From Dehalococcoidia bacterium (GTDB lineage Bacteria; Chloroflexota; Dehalococcoidia; JACVQG01; JAHKAY01), in NCBI GenBank assembly GCA_030744635.1, contig JASLQE010000387.1, forward strand, positions 1-29,017: a DNA stretch of 29,017 nucleotides, read 5' to 3'. The position numbers and the translations under genes are program-made. Below the pieces are notes generated by a model. That model searched no databases. It was not told where the DNA came from and worked only from the letters and a program-made list of their open reading frames with translations. Positions within the stretch are counted from its first letter, which is position 1, and each line of letters starts with the position of its first letter. This document shows positions 15,592 through 25,196 of the stretch, one piece after another.

Positions 15592-16818
15592 CTACCGTAT
15601 ATTACGCAGGACGGGGCGCAGCACCGATATCAGGGCCACTACCAGCAGGGCCGCACCCCCCAGTCCCACCGATAGGGGCGCTCCCCACACCTCCGCCAAG
15701 GCGCTGAAGCCAAGCACCCCCAGGGTGGCCATACCGAAGCTGAACAGCGTCAGACTGCTCACCCGGCCCCGCAGCTCCTGGGGAGTATGACTCTGCAGCA
15801 GGGCCTGGTTCACCGCCATGTATCCCATATTGCCCGCCCCCACCCCCACCAGGGCTGCGAGCGAAAGGGCGAAGACTGTGGATAGGGAGAACAGCAGCAG
15901 GCTGAGGCCGAAAAGCAGGGCTAACCCCAGCAGCAGCATCCCCTTGCGACGATAGTTTCCCAAACTGGCCACCGTAAGGGTGCCGGCCACAGCCCCCAGC
16001 CCCATCGCTGCCATCATCCAGCCCAGCCCTACCTCCCCCACCCGGAGGACATCTGCGGCGAACACCGGCAGCAGGAACATATAGGGCATGGCCAGCACGC
16101 TGACACCTAAGAACATCCCCAGCAGGTAGGGCACGGTGGGACTGTTACGCACAAAGCTCAGGACATGGCGCAGGTCGGTTGCCAGCGAGGTGCCCTGGTG
16201 GTTGCTCTCTCCCTTCACCCCCACCAGCGCCAGGGTTAGGGTGGACAGCCCGTAGAGGGCTGCGGTGAAGAGATATACCCAACCCACCCCTATCAACGCC
16301 ACCAGCAGGCCGCCGATTGCCGGGGCCGCCACCCGCATGAGGTTGAGCCCTGCGTAGTTCAGGGCATAGGCGTTCATCATGCCGTCCTTCTCCACCAACT
16401 CCGGTATGAACGACATACGGGCGGGGCCGTTGAGGGTGAAGGCCAGGCCCATGACTACGGCGGCGCTAACCAGGTGCCACAGGGCGATGTTGCTGGAGAG
16501 GATTAGCCCCGCCACCAGGAATGATACTAGGGAAAAGATGGCCTCAGTGGCGATGATGAGGCGGCGCTTGGGAACCCTGTCCACCACGGTGCCGCCCACC
16601 AGGGAGAAAAGCAGCACCGGCAAACCCCAGCCCACCGTCACCAGGCCCAGGGCCAGGGGGGAGGATGTCATCTGGTACACCAGCCACCCCCGGGCCAGTA
16701 TCTGCATCTGGAGGGCGGCGAAGTCCAGCACCACACCTATCCAGAACCAGCGGTACTCCCGGTTCTTCAGAGAGCCAAAGGTAGTGCCCCACCACCCCGG
16801 GGTAGGAAGCTCGGCCAC
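15592..16818 (-). CDS. MFS transporter (macrolide-efflux/H+ antiporter-like, MFS_3)
   Basis: FGSLKNREYRWFW, GGTVVDRVPKRRL, PARMSFIPELV, A.ALN, LQSHTP.ELRGRV. Confidence 0.9.
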   Translation of the reverse strand: MAELPTPGWWGTTFGSLKNREYRWFWIGVVLDFAALQMQILARGWLVYQMTSSPLALGLVTVGWGLPVLLFSLVGGTVVDRVPKRRLIIATEAIFSLVSFLVAGLILSSNIALWHLVSAAVVMGLAFTLNGPARMSFIPELVEKDGMMNAYALNYAGLNLMRVAAPAIGGLLVALIGVGWVYLFTAALYGLSTLTLALVGVKGESNHQGTSLATDLRHVLSFVRNSPTVPYLLGMFLGVSVLAMPYMFLLPVFAADVLRVGEVGLGWMMAAMGLGAVAGTLTVASLGNYRRKGMLLLGLALLFGLSLLLFSLSTVFALSLAALVGVGAGNMGYMAVNQALLQSHTPQELRGRVSSLTLFSFGMATLGVLGFSALAEVWGAPLSVGLGGAALLVVALISVLRPVLRNIR

Positions 16819-16837
16819 AGATGCCTATATCGCTGAC

Positions 16838-17539
16838 CTACCAGCTATACTCAGTTCCCGCCTCCAGCACCACCACCTCTGTCCCCGGCGCCTCTTTTTT
16901 AACCAGCTCCACAAAGCGGTCGGCTGTTTGCTCCAGGATAGGGAATGTCTTGTAGTGCATGGGGATAACATTTTTGGGGGCCAGCAGGGCGGTGGCGCGT
17001 GCCGCCTGCACCGGATCCATCGTAAAGCAGCTACCCATGGGCAGCAGGGCCACATCCAGCGGGTACAGCTCGCCCAACAGTTTCATGTTCTGAAAGATGC
17101 CGGTATCGCCGGCATGATAGATGTGAGTGCCGTCCTCCAGTCGCATAATCCACCCCGCCGGGGCGGCGGTGGCGGAGGAGTGGAAGGCCTCCACCATGGT
17201 TATGGTTATGCCCTCCGCTGCGGCGCTGCCTCCGATATTCATGCCCATGCCGTTGATAACCTTTTCCTGGGGCAGGCCAAGCTCCTGCTGAAAGCGGCCT
17301 ATCGTCTCCGGCATAGCGGCCACGATGGCCCCGGTGGCCTTGGAGATGTCCACGGCATTGACGGCGTGGTCAAAGTGGTCGTGGCTAACCAGCACCAGGT
17401 GTGCCTGCTTGATATCACCCAAGGAGATAGGACACGAGGGGTTGCCCTCAATCCACGGGTCGGTGACTATCGTTTTGCCCCCGGGGGTGTTGATTATGAA
17501 AGTGGCGTGGCCGAGCCACCGTATTGATTTGCCTGCCAT
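16838..17539 (-). CDS. Metal-dependent hydrolase, metallo-beta-lactamase fold (UPF0173-like)
   Basis: WLGHATF, DPW, SHDHFDH, AFHSS, YHAGDTG, IPMHY. SD GAAGGAGG. Confidence 0.92.
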   Translation of the reverse strand: MAGKSIRWLGHATFIINTPGGKTIVTDPWIEGNPSCPISLGDIKQAHLVLVSHDHFDHAVNAVDISKATGAIVAAMPETIGRFQQELGLPQEKVINGMGMNIGGSAAAEGITITMVEAFHSSATAAPAGWIMRLEDGTHIYHAGDTGIFQNMKLLGELYPLDVALLPMGSCFTMDPVQAARATALLAPKNVIPMHYKTFPILEQTADRFVELVKKEAPGTEVVVLEAGTEYSW

Positions 17540-17600
17540 TATGTGCCTCCTTCTCTATTCCCCTGAACGGGTTAGCCGTAGGCCCATACCGTCTGGTGTT

Positions 17601-19166
17601 TTAGCTCTCGGCCTGGCCGTACATCTCCCGGAGGGCTTTGCGGATAACTTTGCCCATGGGGTTGCGGGGCAATGAGCTAACGAACACAACATCGCGGGGC
17701 CGTTTGAAGCTGGCCAGGTTGCTGCGGCAGTGCTCCATGAGCTCTTCGGGGGTGGCCTGCTGGCCCGCTTTGAGCACCACCACCGCCTTGGGCTGCTGGC
17801 CCCAGTCGGGGTCGGTAACACCGATGACGGCGGCCTCTTCCACCTTGGGGTGGGACTGAAGCACCTGCTCCACCTCCTCGGGGGAGATGTTCTCCCCGGC
17901 CCGGATAATCATGTCGTCTCCGCGGCCCGCCAGGAAGAAGTAGCCGTCCTCGTCCTGCCAGCCCATATCCCCCGTCTTGAGCCAGCCGGAGGCTGTCATG
18001 GACTGGGAGGTCTTCTCGCTGTCCTTCCAGTAGCCGCTCATCACCCGCTGGCCACGCACGGCAATCACCCCCACCTCGTTGGGTCCTAGGGGGTTACCCT
18101 CCTCGTCCAGGACGGCCACCTCGGCCCCCGGTAGGGGCTTGCCGATAGAGGATGACAGCCGCTGCAGCTTCTTCTCCACCTCCTCGGGGGTGCCTGAGAG
18201 GTCATGGTCCTCGGGCCCCAGGGCCAGCACCGTTGAGGAGGTCTCGGTCTGGCCGAAGGCGTTGATGAACTTTACCCCGGGCAACACCTTTATGGCCTTC
18301 TTGATAACCTCCAGCGGCATAGAGGCGGCCCCGTAGGTGACCAACCGCAAGCTGGACAGGTCATGCTTGTCAAAGCTGGGGTGGTCTATGACACGCTTGA
18401 GCATGGTGGGCACCAGCATGGCCCGGTTGACCCTCTCCCGCTCCACAGTGGCCAACCATCCCTCCTCGTCAAACTGGCCCATTATGGCCAGGGTGCGACC
18501 GCCGTAGATAGCGGCCAGCACCGCTTGGAAGCCGGCCACATGATACAGCGGGACGGCCAGCAGGTTGGTCTCCTCTATCTCCATATCCGGGGGGGAAACA
18601 TTCTCTGCCATGTAGGACTCGAAGCTGCCGTGGGTCAGGGGCACGCCCTTGGGGCGGCCGGTGGTGCCGGCGGTGTAAAGGAGCAGGGTGACATCCTCCG
18701 GGCCTACATCGGGGAAAACCTCGTCATCGGAGGCGGCGGAGACGATATCCTCGTAGGAGAGCATACCGGACTGCGCCTTGCCCAGCGCAATAATGTGCTT
18801 CACGCCGGGCGCTTCGGCCCTGGCCAAGTTCACTAGGTCCACATAGCGCTCCCCTACGATTACCACCGAGGCCTCCGCGTGCTGTAGCAGGTAGCTGAGC
18901 TCGTCCTGCCGGGCGCGGTAGTTGAGGGGGACGAAAATGGCCCCCAGCCGTGCGACACCGAAGTAAGTCTCCACGAACTGGGAGCAGTTGACATCCATCA
19001 TGGCCACCTTGTCCCCATGGCCTACCCCCAAACCCTGCAGGGCGTTGGCTACTTTGTTGGAGCGCTCCGCTACGTGGGAGAAAGAGATACGCTCGCTGTC
19101 CACCACCAGGGCGGTGCGGTCGGGGACGATGGCGCCGGTAAGGGAAATGAAGTCCACGGTGCTCAT
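17601..19166 (-). CDS. Long-chain-fatty-acid--CoA ligase/AMP-binding protein
   Basis: YTAGTTGRPKG, FGQTET, KTGDMG, GRGDDMIIRAGENI, NPMGKV. SD AGGAGG. Confidence 0.94.
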   Translation of the reverse strand: MSTVDFISLTGAIVPDRTALVVDSERISFSHVAERSNKVANALQGLGVGHGDKVAMMDVNCSQFVETYFGVARLGAIFVPLNYRARQDELSYLLQHAEASVVIVGERYVDLVNLARAEAPGVKHIIALGKAQSGMLSYEDIVSAASDDEVFPDVGPEDVTLLLYTAGTTGRPKGVPLTHGSFESYMAENVSPPDMEIEETNLLAVPLYHVAGFQAVLAAIYGGRTLAIMGQFDEEGWLATVERERVNRAMLVPTMLKRVIDHPSFDKHDLSSLRLVTYGAASMPLEVIKKAIKVLPGVKFINAFGQTETSSTVLALGPEDHDLSGTPEEVEKKLQRLSSSIGKPLPGAEVAVLDEEGNPLGPNEVGVIAVRGQRVMSGYWKDSEKTSQSMTASGWLKTGDMGWQDEDGYFFLAGRGDDMIIRAGENISPEEVEQVLQSHPKVEEAAVIGVTDPDWGQQPKAVVVLKAGQQATPEELMEHCRSNLASFKRPRDVVFVSSLPRNPMGKVIRKALREMYGQAES

Positions 19167-19221
19167 GTATTGATACCTCCTAAAGCCAGACCTTATCGTT
19201 ACCGTTAAGAATCTGGCCTAA

Positions 19222-19250
19222 ATTATGCTCATTCCGGCATTCTGTGTCAA
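19222..19250 (-). promoter_or_regulatory. Sigma70-type promoter of the acyl-CoA ligase operon
   Basis: Minus strand TTGACA-N17-CATAAT. Confidence 0.7.
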
Positions 19251-19394
19251 CGCTACCGGGGCATGGCGTAGGCTTTCCCGCACACCCTTCCCCCCGTACT
19301 TGATGTCTATCCCCACACTACATAGTCCACTGGCGGATAAGCACGGATGATGCGGCTGCCACAAGGCCCCCCCAGCTTTAATTGCCAGCCTAAA

Positions 19395-19423
19395 TTGAAG
19401 GCAGCAGGCGATTGGTGTAGAAT
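19395..19423 (+). promoter_or_regulatory. Sigma70-type promoter of the his operon
   Basis: TTGAAG-N17-TAGAAT, ending 11 nt before the hisZ ATG. Confidence 0.55.
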
Positions 19424-19434
19424 TACCACTCGGT

Positions 19435-20640
19435 ATGGAGAAGTGCCGTGGCATGCGCGATATGCTCCCACAGGACATGCGACAGTTCCGCCGTGTTGAG
19501 GACCAGTTCCGGCAGTGCTGTGTTCAGTGGGGCTACCAGGAGGTAAGGACGCCCCTGCTGGAGTACCTGCACCTGTTCACCGCCACTGGCACCCTTACAC
19601 CGGATATGCTCAACCGGGTGTATTCCTTCCTGGACTGGGACGGCTGGAGCGGGGAGAGGGTGGTGCTGCGTCCGGATGGCACCATTCCCGCTGCACGGCT
19701 GTATATCACCGAGATGGCCCAACGCACCACCGCTAGGCTTTTCTACGTTCAGGATGTACTCTCCTTCGGGGCCACCGGCACGGAGTCCCGTGAGAAGTGG
19801 CAGGCCGGGGTGGAGGTGATGGGGGGCCGGTCTCCTCAGGCAGAGGTGGAGCTGGTGTCCCTGGCCCTGGAGGTGCTGGAGGGCTTGGGCCTGAAGCCTG
19901 AGCTACGGCTGGGCCACATGGGGTTGCTGCGCTCCCTTCTGGAGGAGTTGGAGGTGACGGAGGAGGAGGTGGTGGACCGCTTTACCGCTCAGGAGGGCCT
20001 GCTATGGGAGAGGCTGCGGGACTCCCGTCCCGAGATGGGGGAGGCCCTGGCCCTGGCGAAGCTGGAGGGCCGGTCACCGGGCTTCCTGGAGAACCTGGGC
20101 TCCGTCCTATTGCCCCATCTGCCTATCCTGCGGCAGCCCCTGGAGGAGTTCTCGGCCATCGCCAGGCTGCTCACTTCGCTGGACTGCCCCTATGCGATAG
20201 ACCTGGGTCTGGGGAGCGGCTTTGAGTACTACACCGGAGCGGTGTTCCACTTCTATTGCGGGGATGTGCGGGTAGGGGGTGGTGGCCGCTACGACAATCT
20301 GATACCTCTGCTGGGCGGCAAAGCTGTGCCCGCCACGGGGTTTGCCCTGTATGTAGACCGGATAATGTCCATGGTGCCTGGACCGGTATCCGGACCACCG
20401 GTGCTGGTGCAGGCCGATGAAGGCTGCTGGCCGTGGGCCTTCTCCCTGGCCGGCGAGATGCGCGCCCAGGGCATCGCCGCCGAGATGGCGGCGGGTGAGC
20501 CGATGGACCATCCGGGAGTCTCCGTGATGGTCCAGGAGGGGCCTGTTTATATTCTGCCGGGCAAGGGCCGCTTTGCCTCACCGGCGGAGGTAGTGCGGGT
20601 GTTGAAAGAGGGAGGGGATGCTGAAATTAGCCCTGCCTAA
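19435..20640 (+). CDS. hisZ: ATP phosphoribosyltransferase regulatory subunit (HisRS paralogue)
   Basis: RGMRDMLP, WGYQEVRTP, LRPDGT, QAGVE, EYYTG.VF, GGGRYDNL. It lacks the HisRS FRxERPQ motif and overlaps the hisG start. Confidence 0.85.
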   Translation: MEKCRGMRDMLPQDMRQFRRVEDQFRQCCVQWGYQEVRTPLLEYLHLFTATGTLTPDMLNRVYSFLDWDGWSGERVVLRPDGTIPAARLYITEMAQRTTARLFYVQDVLSFGATGTESREKWQAGVEVMGGRSPQAEVELVSLALEVLEGLGLKPELRLGHMGLLRSLLEELEVTEEEVVDRFTAQEGLLWERLRDSRPEMGEALALAKLEGRSPGFLENLGSVLLPHLPILRQPLEEFSAIARLLTSLDCPYAIDLGLGSGFEYYTGAVFHFYCGDVRVGGGGRYDNLIPLLGGKAVPATGFALYVDRIMSMVPGPVSGPPVLVQADEGCWPWAFSLAGEMRAQGIAAEMAAGEPMDHPGVSVMVQEGPVYILPGKGRFASPAEVVRVLKEGGDAEISPA

Positions 20641-21997
20641 GGGGCGGCTACAGGCCGCCTCCGGCTCTTATTTGGAACAGGCGGGATGGGGCCTTGAAGA
20701 CTACCAGCCCGGCTCACGCTCCTATCGTCCCACCACTGCCTTCCCCGGTGTGGAGGCCAAGGTCTTTCAGGAGAGGGACATCCCGGTCCAGGTGGCCATA
20801 GGCAACTACGATATCGGGATATGTGGTCTGGACTGGGTGGAGGAGCTCCTGGCCCGCTACCCTCAGAGCCCCCTGGTAAAGGTCATAGAGCTTGGCTATG
20901 GTGGGGGACAGCTCTTCCTGGCCTCCAGCAGCCTGTCTCCATGGGGCTCCGCAGCGGACCTGAGCCGGAATGGTGCGCTGCTGGTGCTGGCCGGAGAATA
21001 CCCCAATTTGGCGTGGACGGCCGCCATGCGGCTACGGCTGAAGCGTTTCCGGGTCTTTCCTCTGTGGGGTGCGGTGGAGGTGTACCCCCCTGAGGACGCT
21101 GACCTGGTGGTGGTGCGCTCACCATCGGCATCCCGCCTGAAGGAGCGGGGCCTGGTGCCCCTGTTCCCCCTGTGTCACACTACGGCATATCTCATTGCCA
21201 ACCGGGATAGCTGGCAGAGCAAAGATATGGCCGGGGCTATATCCAGCCTGCTGGAGGCTTCCCCTTCGGTGGACAGCCTTCAGGGACCTCGGGTGGAGTC
21301 TTCGGACTGGCTGCCCCTGTACGGGGGCAACTGGCTAAGGCTGGCCCTACCCGACGGCCACCAGAAGGAGCCTTCGGTGGACTTCCTGCGTAAAGCCGGG
21401 CTGGAGGTGGCTGGCTATGCCTCAGGGAAGAGCCGCCCCGACCTGGGTGTGGAGGGGGTGGCCACCAAGGTCATCCGGCCCCAGGATATGCCGCTCCAGG
21501 TGGCCTCCGGCAACTTTGATGTTGCCCTTACCGGCAAGGACTGGCTGCGCGACCACCTGTGCCAGTTCCCTTCCAGCCCCGTGGAGCAGTTGCTGGAGCT
21601 GGATTTCGGCTGGGTGCGGGTGGTGGCCGTGGTCTGCGGCGATGTGCCCGTCTCCTCGGCGGCGGAGCTCAGGGGCCTGATGGAGTCGGGTCGGATGGGC
21701 GGGCTACGGGTGGCCACGGAGTATGTCAACATAGCCGATAAGTTTGCCCGGGACCATCACCTGGGTCACTACCGCATCATACCCACCTGGGGGGCCACGG
21801 AGGCATTCCTCCCCGAAGATGCCGACCTCCTGATAGAGAACACCCAGACCGGCCAGACCCTGGCCCGGCACGGTCTGAAGATAATTGATGTGCTCTTCGA
21901 GTCCACTGCCTGTATCATCGGCTCCCGGGATATCGCCCCCCAACGCAGGGGGCAGCGGGATGCCCTTTTGCAGCGGTTGGCCGGGGCCGTGGGGTGA
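20618..21997 (+). CDS. hisG: ATP phosphoribosyltransferase with two tandem short-form HisG catalytic units
   Basis: Unit 1: LALPKGRL...DIPVQVAIGNYDIGICGLD. Unit 2 from about 21335: LALPDGH...RPQDMPLQVASGNFDVALTGKD...TGQTL. No ACT-like tail. Confidence 0.88.
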   Translation: MLKLALPKGRLQAASGSYLEQAGWGLEDYQPGSRSYRPTTAFPGVEAKVFQERDIPVQVAIGNYDIGICGLDWVEELLARYPQSPLVKVIELGYGGGQLFLASSSLSPWGSAADLSRNGALLVLAGEYPNLAWTAAMRLRLKRFRVFPLWGAVEVYPPEDADLVVVRSPSASRLKERGLVPLFPLCHTTAYLIANRDSWQSKDMAGAISSLLEASPSVDSLQGPRVESSDWLPLYGGNWLRLALPDGHQKEPSVDFLRKAGLEVAGYASGKSRPDLGVEGVATKVIRPQDMPLQVASGNFDVALTGKDWLRDHLCQFPSSPVEQLLELDFGWVRVVAVVCGDVPVSSAAELRGLMESGRMGGLRVATEYVNIADKFARDHHLGHYRIIPTWGATEAFLPEDADLLIENTQTGQTLARHGLKIIDVLFESTACIIGSRDIAPQRRGQRDALLQRLAGAVG

Positions 21998-22007
21998 GGG
22001 GTATACG

Positions 22008-22757
22008 GTGCCACCACTTTGCCTCCACCTGAGTCTGGCCCGGGATGCTTTATTCCAACTGGGGGATAGCCCCGGGGGAGGCCGTGGCCGCTACTTGATC
22101 GGTGCCACCCTGCCGGATATTCATATGATGTCGGACTTCGTCCGTGAGCATACCCACTATATGGACCTGGCGCAGCGGGAGGAGGGGGGCGAGGAGATTG
22201 CCCGCTTCTTCAAGGCCAACCCGCACTTGGCCCATGAAAGCAAAAACCCACCTACCCGTGCCCTGGTGGCCGGCTATCTGTCCCACCTGGTGACCGATAG
22301 CACCTGGATAGCTCGTATCTACCACCCCTACTTTGGGCCCGAGTCTTCGCTGTCAGGTGAACCCCTGGCCAACCTGCTGGACCGGTTGCTACAGTTTGAG
22401 CTGGACCGGAGGGAGCAGGAGGACATGGCCGCCATGGCGGCCATGGTCAAGAACATCGGGCTGGTATCCTGGGACAAGGAGGCGGCCCTGTTTGATGAGG
22501 ATAGCCTCATGCGCTGGCAGACCTTTGTCATGGATGCGGCCGTACGCCCGCATACCTGGGACCGCTTCCCAACATTCGTCCGCCACTATGTGGCACGGCA
22601 TGGAAATCTCAGAGAGGACCAGGTGAAGCGGTTCTTGTCCGACATCCCTGCCAGGCTGTCCTGGGTGCTGGAGCATGTGCCGCCGGAGGCTTTGGTCGCT
22701 TTTCGCCAGGGGGCGCTCCAGGGCTCGCTCCGGTTGGCGCGGGAGCGTGGGTGGTGA
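22008..22757 (+). CDS. Zinc-dependent phospholipase C-like (PLC/P1 nuclease fold) protein embedded in the his operon
   Basis: Start GTG 22008 after GAGGGG. N-terminal MPP..LH, then GATLPD, THY and GYLSHLVTD..W. Its stop overlaps the hisD GTG. Confidence 0.7.
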   Translation: MPPLCLHLSLARDALFQLGDSPGGGRGRYLIGATLPDIHMMSDFVREHTHYMDLAQREEGGEEIARFFKANPHLAHESKNPPTRALVAGYLSHLVTDSTWIARIYHPYFGPESSLSGEPLANLLDRLLQFELDRREQEDMAAMAAMVKNIGLVSWDKEAALFDEDSLMRWQTFVMDAAVRPHTWDRFPTFVRHYVARHGNLREDQVKRFLSDIPARLSWVLEHVPPEALVAFRQGALQGSLRLARERGW

Positions 22758-24071
22758 GGAACATAGGGATAGAGGAGGCCCGGCGTCGGTTCCTGGGCCG
22801 CAGCCCCCTGGATATGCTCCCCTTTCCCGCTCCAGTGGCCCAGCGCCTGGAGGAGGTTTTCGGCCCGGGGGTCTCTCCCCTGGAGGCGGTGCGGCGCACA
22901 ATCACCGAAGTCCGGGACCGGGGGGATGAGGCAGTGGCCGAGCTATCCTGGAAGCTGGACGGGGTGGAGGTGCCCCGGGTGGAGGTGCCCCCTGGGCAGG
23001 TAACGGCCGCCCGGGATGGCATCCCTCCGGCCCTGGCCGCCGCCATGAGGCTGGCGGCGGACCGCATAAGGACTTTCCATGAGAGGGGCCGCCCCGAGGA
23101 CTTCTTCGACCCCCAGGAAGGGGTGGGCCGGAAAATGGTGCCGATGGACCGGGTGGGCATATATGTGCCCGGCGGCCGGGCGGCATACCCCTCCACAGTG
23201 CTCATGACGGCCATCCCCGCCCGCATCGCCGGGGTGGAAGAGGTGATAGTAGCCACCCCACCCCAGGCCGGCGGAGTGGCCCCGCTGGTGCTGGCGGCCT
23301 GCGCCCTGGCCGGGGTGGACCGCGTGTTCGCCATGGGGGGCGCTCAAGCCATAGCCGCCTTGGCCTACGGCACCGCTTCGGTTCCCGTCGTGGACACGGT
23401 GCGGCCCCGGCACCCTGTTCGTCATGCTGGCCAAACGGGAGGTCTTTGGCCAGGTAGACATAGATGGCTTCTATGGACCTACGGAGACGGTGGTGGTGGC
23501 CGATGATACCGCTGACCCTGCCCTGTGTGCCGCCGAGCTTTTGGCCCAGGCAGAGCACGACCCCCTGGCATCAGCCCTGCTCCTCACCCCCTCGGTAAGC
23601 GTGGCTAAGGGGGTGGTCCGGGAGTCGGAGGCCCAGCTTGAGGGACTGGAACGGCGCGACATCGCTGGCCAGTCGTTGGAAGGGCGGGGCGCCGTTATCA
23701 AGGTGGATGACCTGTCCCAGGCCCTTGATTTCGTCAACTCCTACGCCCCGGAGCACCTTACCCTGCTAATGGCCGATGCCGAAGGGTTCGCCGCCGGGGT
23801 GCGCCACACCGGGTGCATCTTCCTGGGGGGTGGGGAGGCCTTCGGCGACTATGTGGCCGGTCCCAGCCATGTGCTGCCCACCGGGGGTAGCGCCCGCTTC
23901 TCCTCCCCCCTTGGGGTGGAGTCTTTCCTGAAGGTAACCAGCGTGGTGGCCCTCAACAGTAATATAATGGAGGCGACCGCGGCGGCGGCGGATGAGCTTG
24001 CCCGCGCCGAGGGCCTCACCGCCCACGCCGCCGCCATACAGAGAATGTTGAGAAGGAAGGGCCCAAGGTGA
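22751..24071 (+). pseudogene. hisD: Histidinol dehydrogenase, split by an apparent 2-bp deletion near 23399 (possible sequencing error)
   Basis: VGIYVPGG.A.YPSTVLM and GGAQAIAALAYG lie in the first frame. CGPG.LFVMLAKR, ID..GPTE, YAPEHL and GDYVAGPSHVLPTG lie in the second. Confidence 0.9.
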
Positions 24072-25174
24072 CCTGGGAGAAGATGCTGCGTCCCCATCTG
24101 TCCGCTCTGGAACCCTACCAGCCCATCGTGCCCCTGGAGGTGCTGGCAAAGGAGGCGGGCAAGACGGTGGCCGAGGTCATCAAGCTGGATGGCAACGAGA
24201 ACCCCTACGGCCACTCCCCCCGCGTTAACCGCGCAATGGCCGAATACCCCTTTTTCCATATCTATCCGGACCCCGACCAGCGGCAGCTACGGCAGGCCCT
24301 GGAGGGCTATGTGGGGCTGGGTGCGGAGCATATCGTGGTCGGCGCGGGCAGCGACGAGATAATAGACCTGCTGCTACGGCTCTTCCTGGAGCCTGGGGAC
24401 CAGGTAATTAACCTGACTCCCACCTTCGGCATGTACCCCTTCAGCACCCACATCTGCGGAGGAGAGGTGGTGGAGGTGCCCCGGGACGAGGCCTTTGAGA
24501 TAGACCTGGAGGAGATGAGGCGGAAGGTGAGGCCGAGGGTCAAAGCGGTCTTCGTGGCCTCCCCCAACAACCCCAGCGGCAACCTGGCCACACAGGAGCA
24601 GGTGCTGGGGCTGCTGGAGATGGGGCTGCTGGTAGTGGTGGATGAGGCCTATTACGAGTTCGCCGGGGAGACAGCGATCCCCTTGGTGAAAGAGCACCCC
24701 AACCTGGTGGTGCTGCGCACCTTCAGCAAGTGGGCGGGACTGGCCGGGCTGCGGGTGGGCTATGCCATGTGCCACCCCGGACTGGTGGAGCACATCATGC
24801 GCATCAAGCCGCCCTACAACCTGAATGTGGCCGCACAGGTGGCGGCCCTGGAGTCCCTGAAGGACCTGGAGTACCTTCAGGCCAGGGTGCGGGACATCGT
24901 GGAGGAGCGGGAGCGTCTCTACCGCCTCCTTCAGGGGTTGGATTCTCTGCACCCCTTTCCCTCCCGGGCCAACTTCATCCTGTGCTCCCTGAAGGGATGG
25001 GATGCCAGGGAGGCGTATCTGCGACTCCGGGGGGAGGGAATATTCCTGCGCTACTTCAGCAACCCGCGGATGAGCCACTGCCTGCGTATCAGCGTGGGCA
25101 AGCCGGAGCAAAGCGATGCCGCTCTGGCAGCGTTGAACCAGGCTGAAAAAGAGCTGGCAGGACGGCACAAATGA
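24068..25174 (+). CDS. hisC: Histidinol-phosphate aminotransferase
   Basis: KLDGNENPYG, GAGSDEII, SPNNPSG, DEAYYEF, RTFSKWAGLAGLRVGY. GTGA overlap with hisD. Confidence 0.96.
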   Translation: MTWEKMLRPHLSALEPYQPIVPLEVLAKEAGKTVAEVIKLDGNENPYGHSPRVNRAMAEYPFFHIYPDPDQRQLRQALEGYVGLGAEHIVVGAGSDEIIDLLLRLFLEPGDQVINLTPTFGMYPFSTHICGGEVVEVPRDEAFEIDLEEMRRKVRPRVKAVFVASPNNPSGNLATQEQVLGLLEMGLLVVVDEAYYEFAGETAIPLVKEHPNLVVLRTFSKWAGLAGLRVGYAMCHPGLVEHIMRIKPPYNLNVAAQVAALESLKDLEYLQARVRDIVEERERLYRLLQGLDSLHPFPSRANFILCSLKGWDAREAYLRLRGEGIFLRYFSNPRMSHCLRISVGKPEQSDAALAALNQAEKELAGRHK

Positions 25175-25196
25175 TGGTTGCTATCTCCTACGGAAA

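Noticed and set aside
21885-22007. 41-aa N-terminal extension of the Zn-PLC-like ORF
   Set aside because: It overlaps hisG coding sequence. The family motif and SD point to GTG 22008.
7130-23410. Programmed frameshifting in the SDR and hisD genes
   Set aside because: There is no slippery sequence or stimulatory structure at either site, and neither family is known to use recoding.
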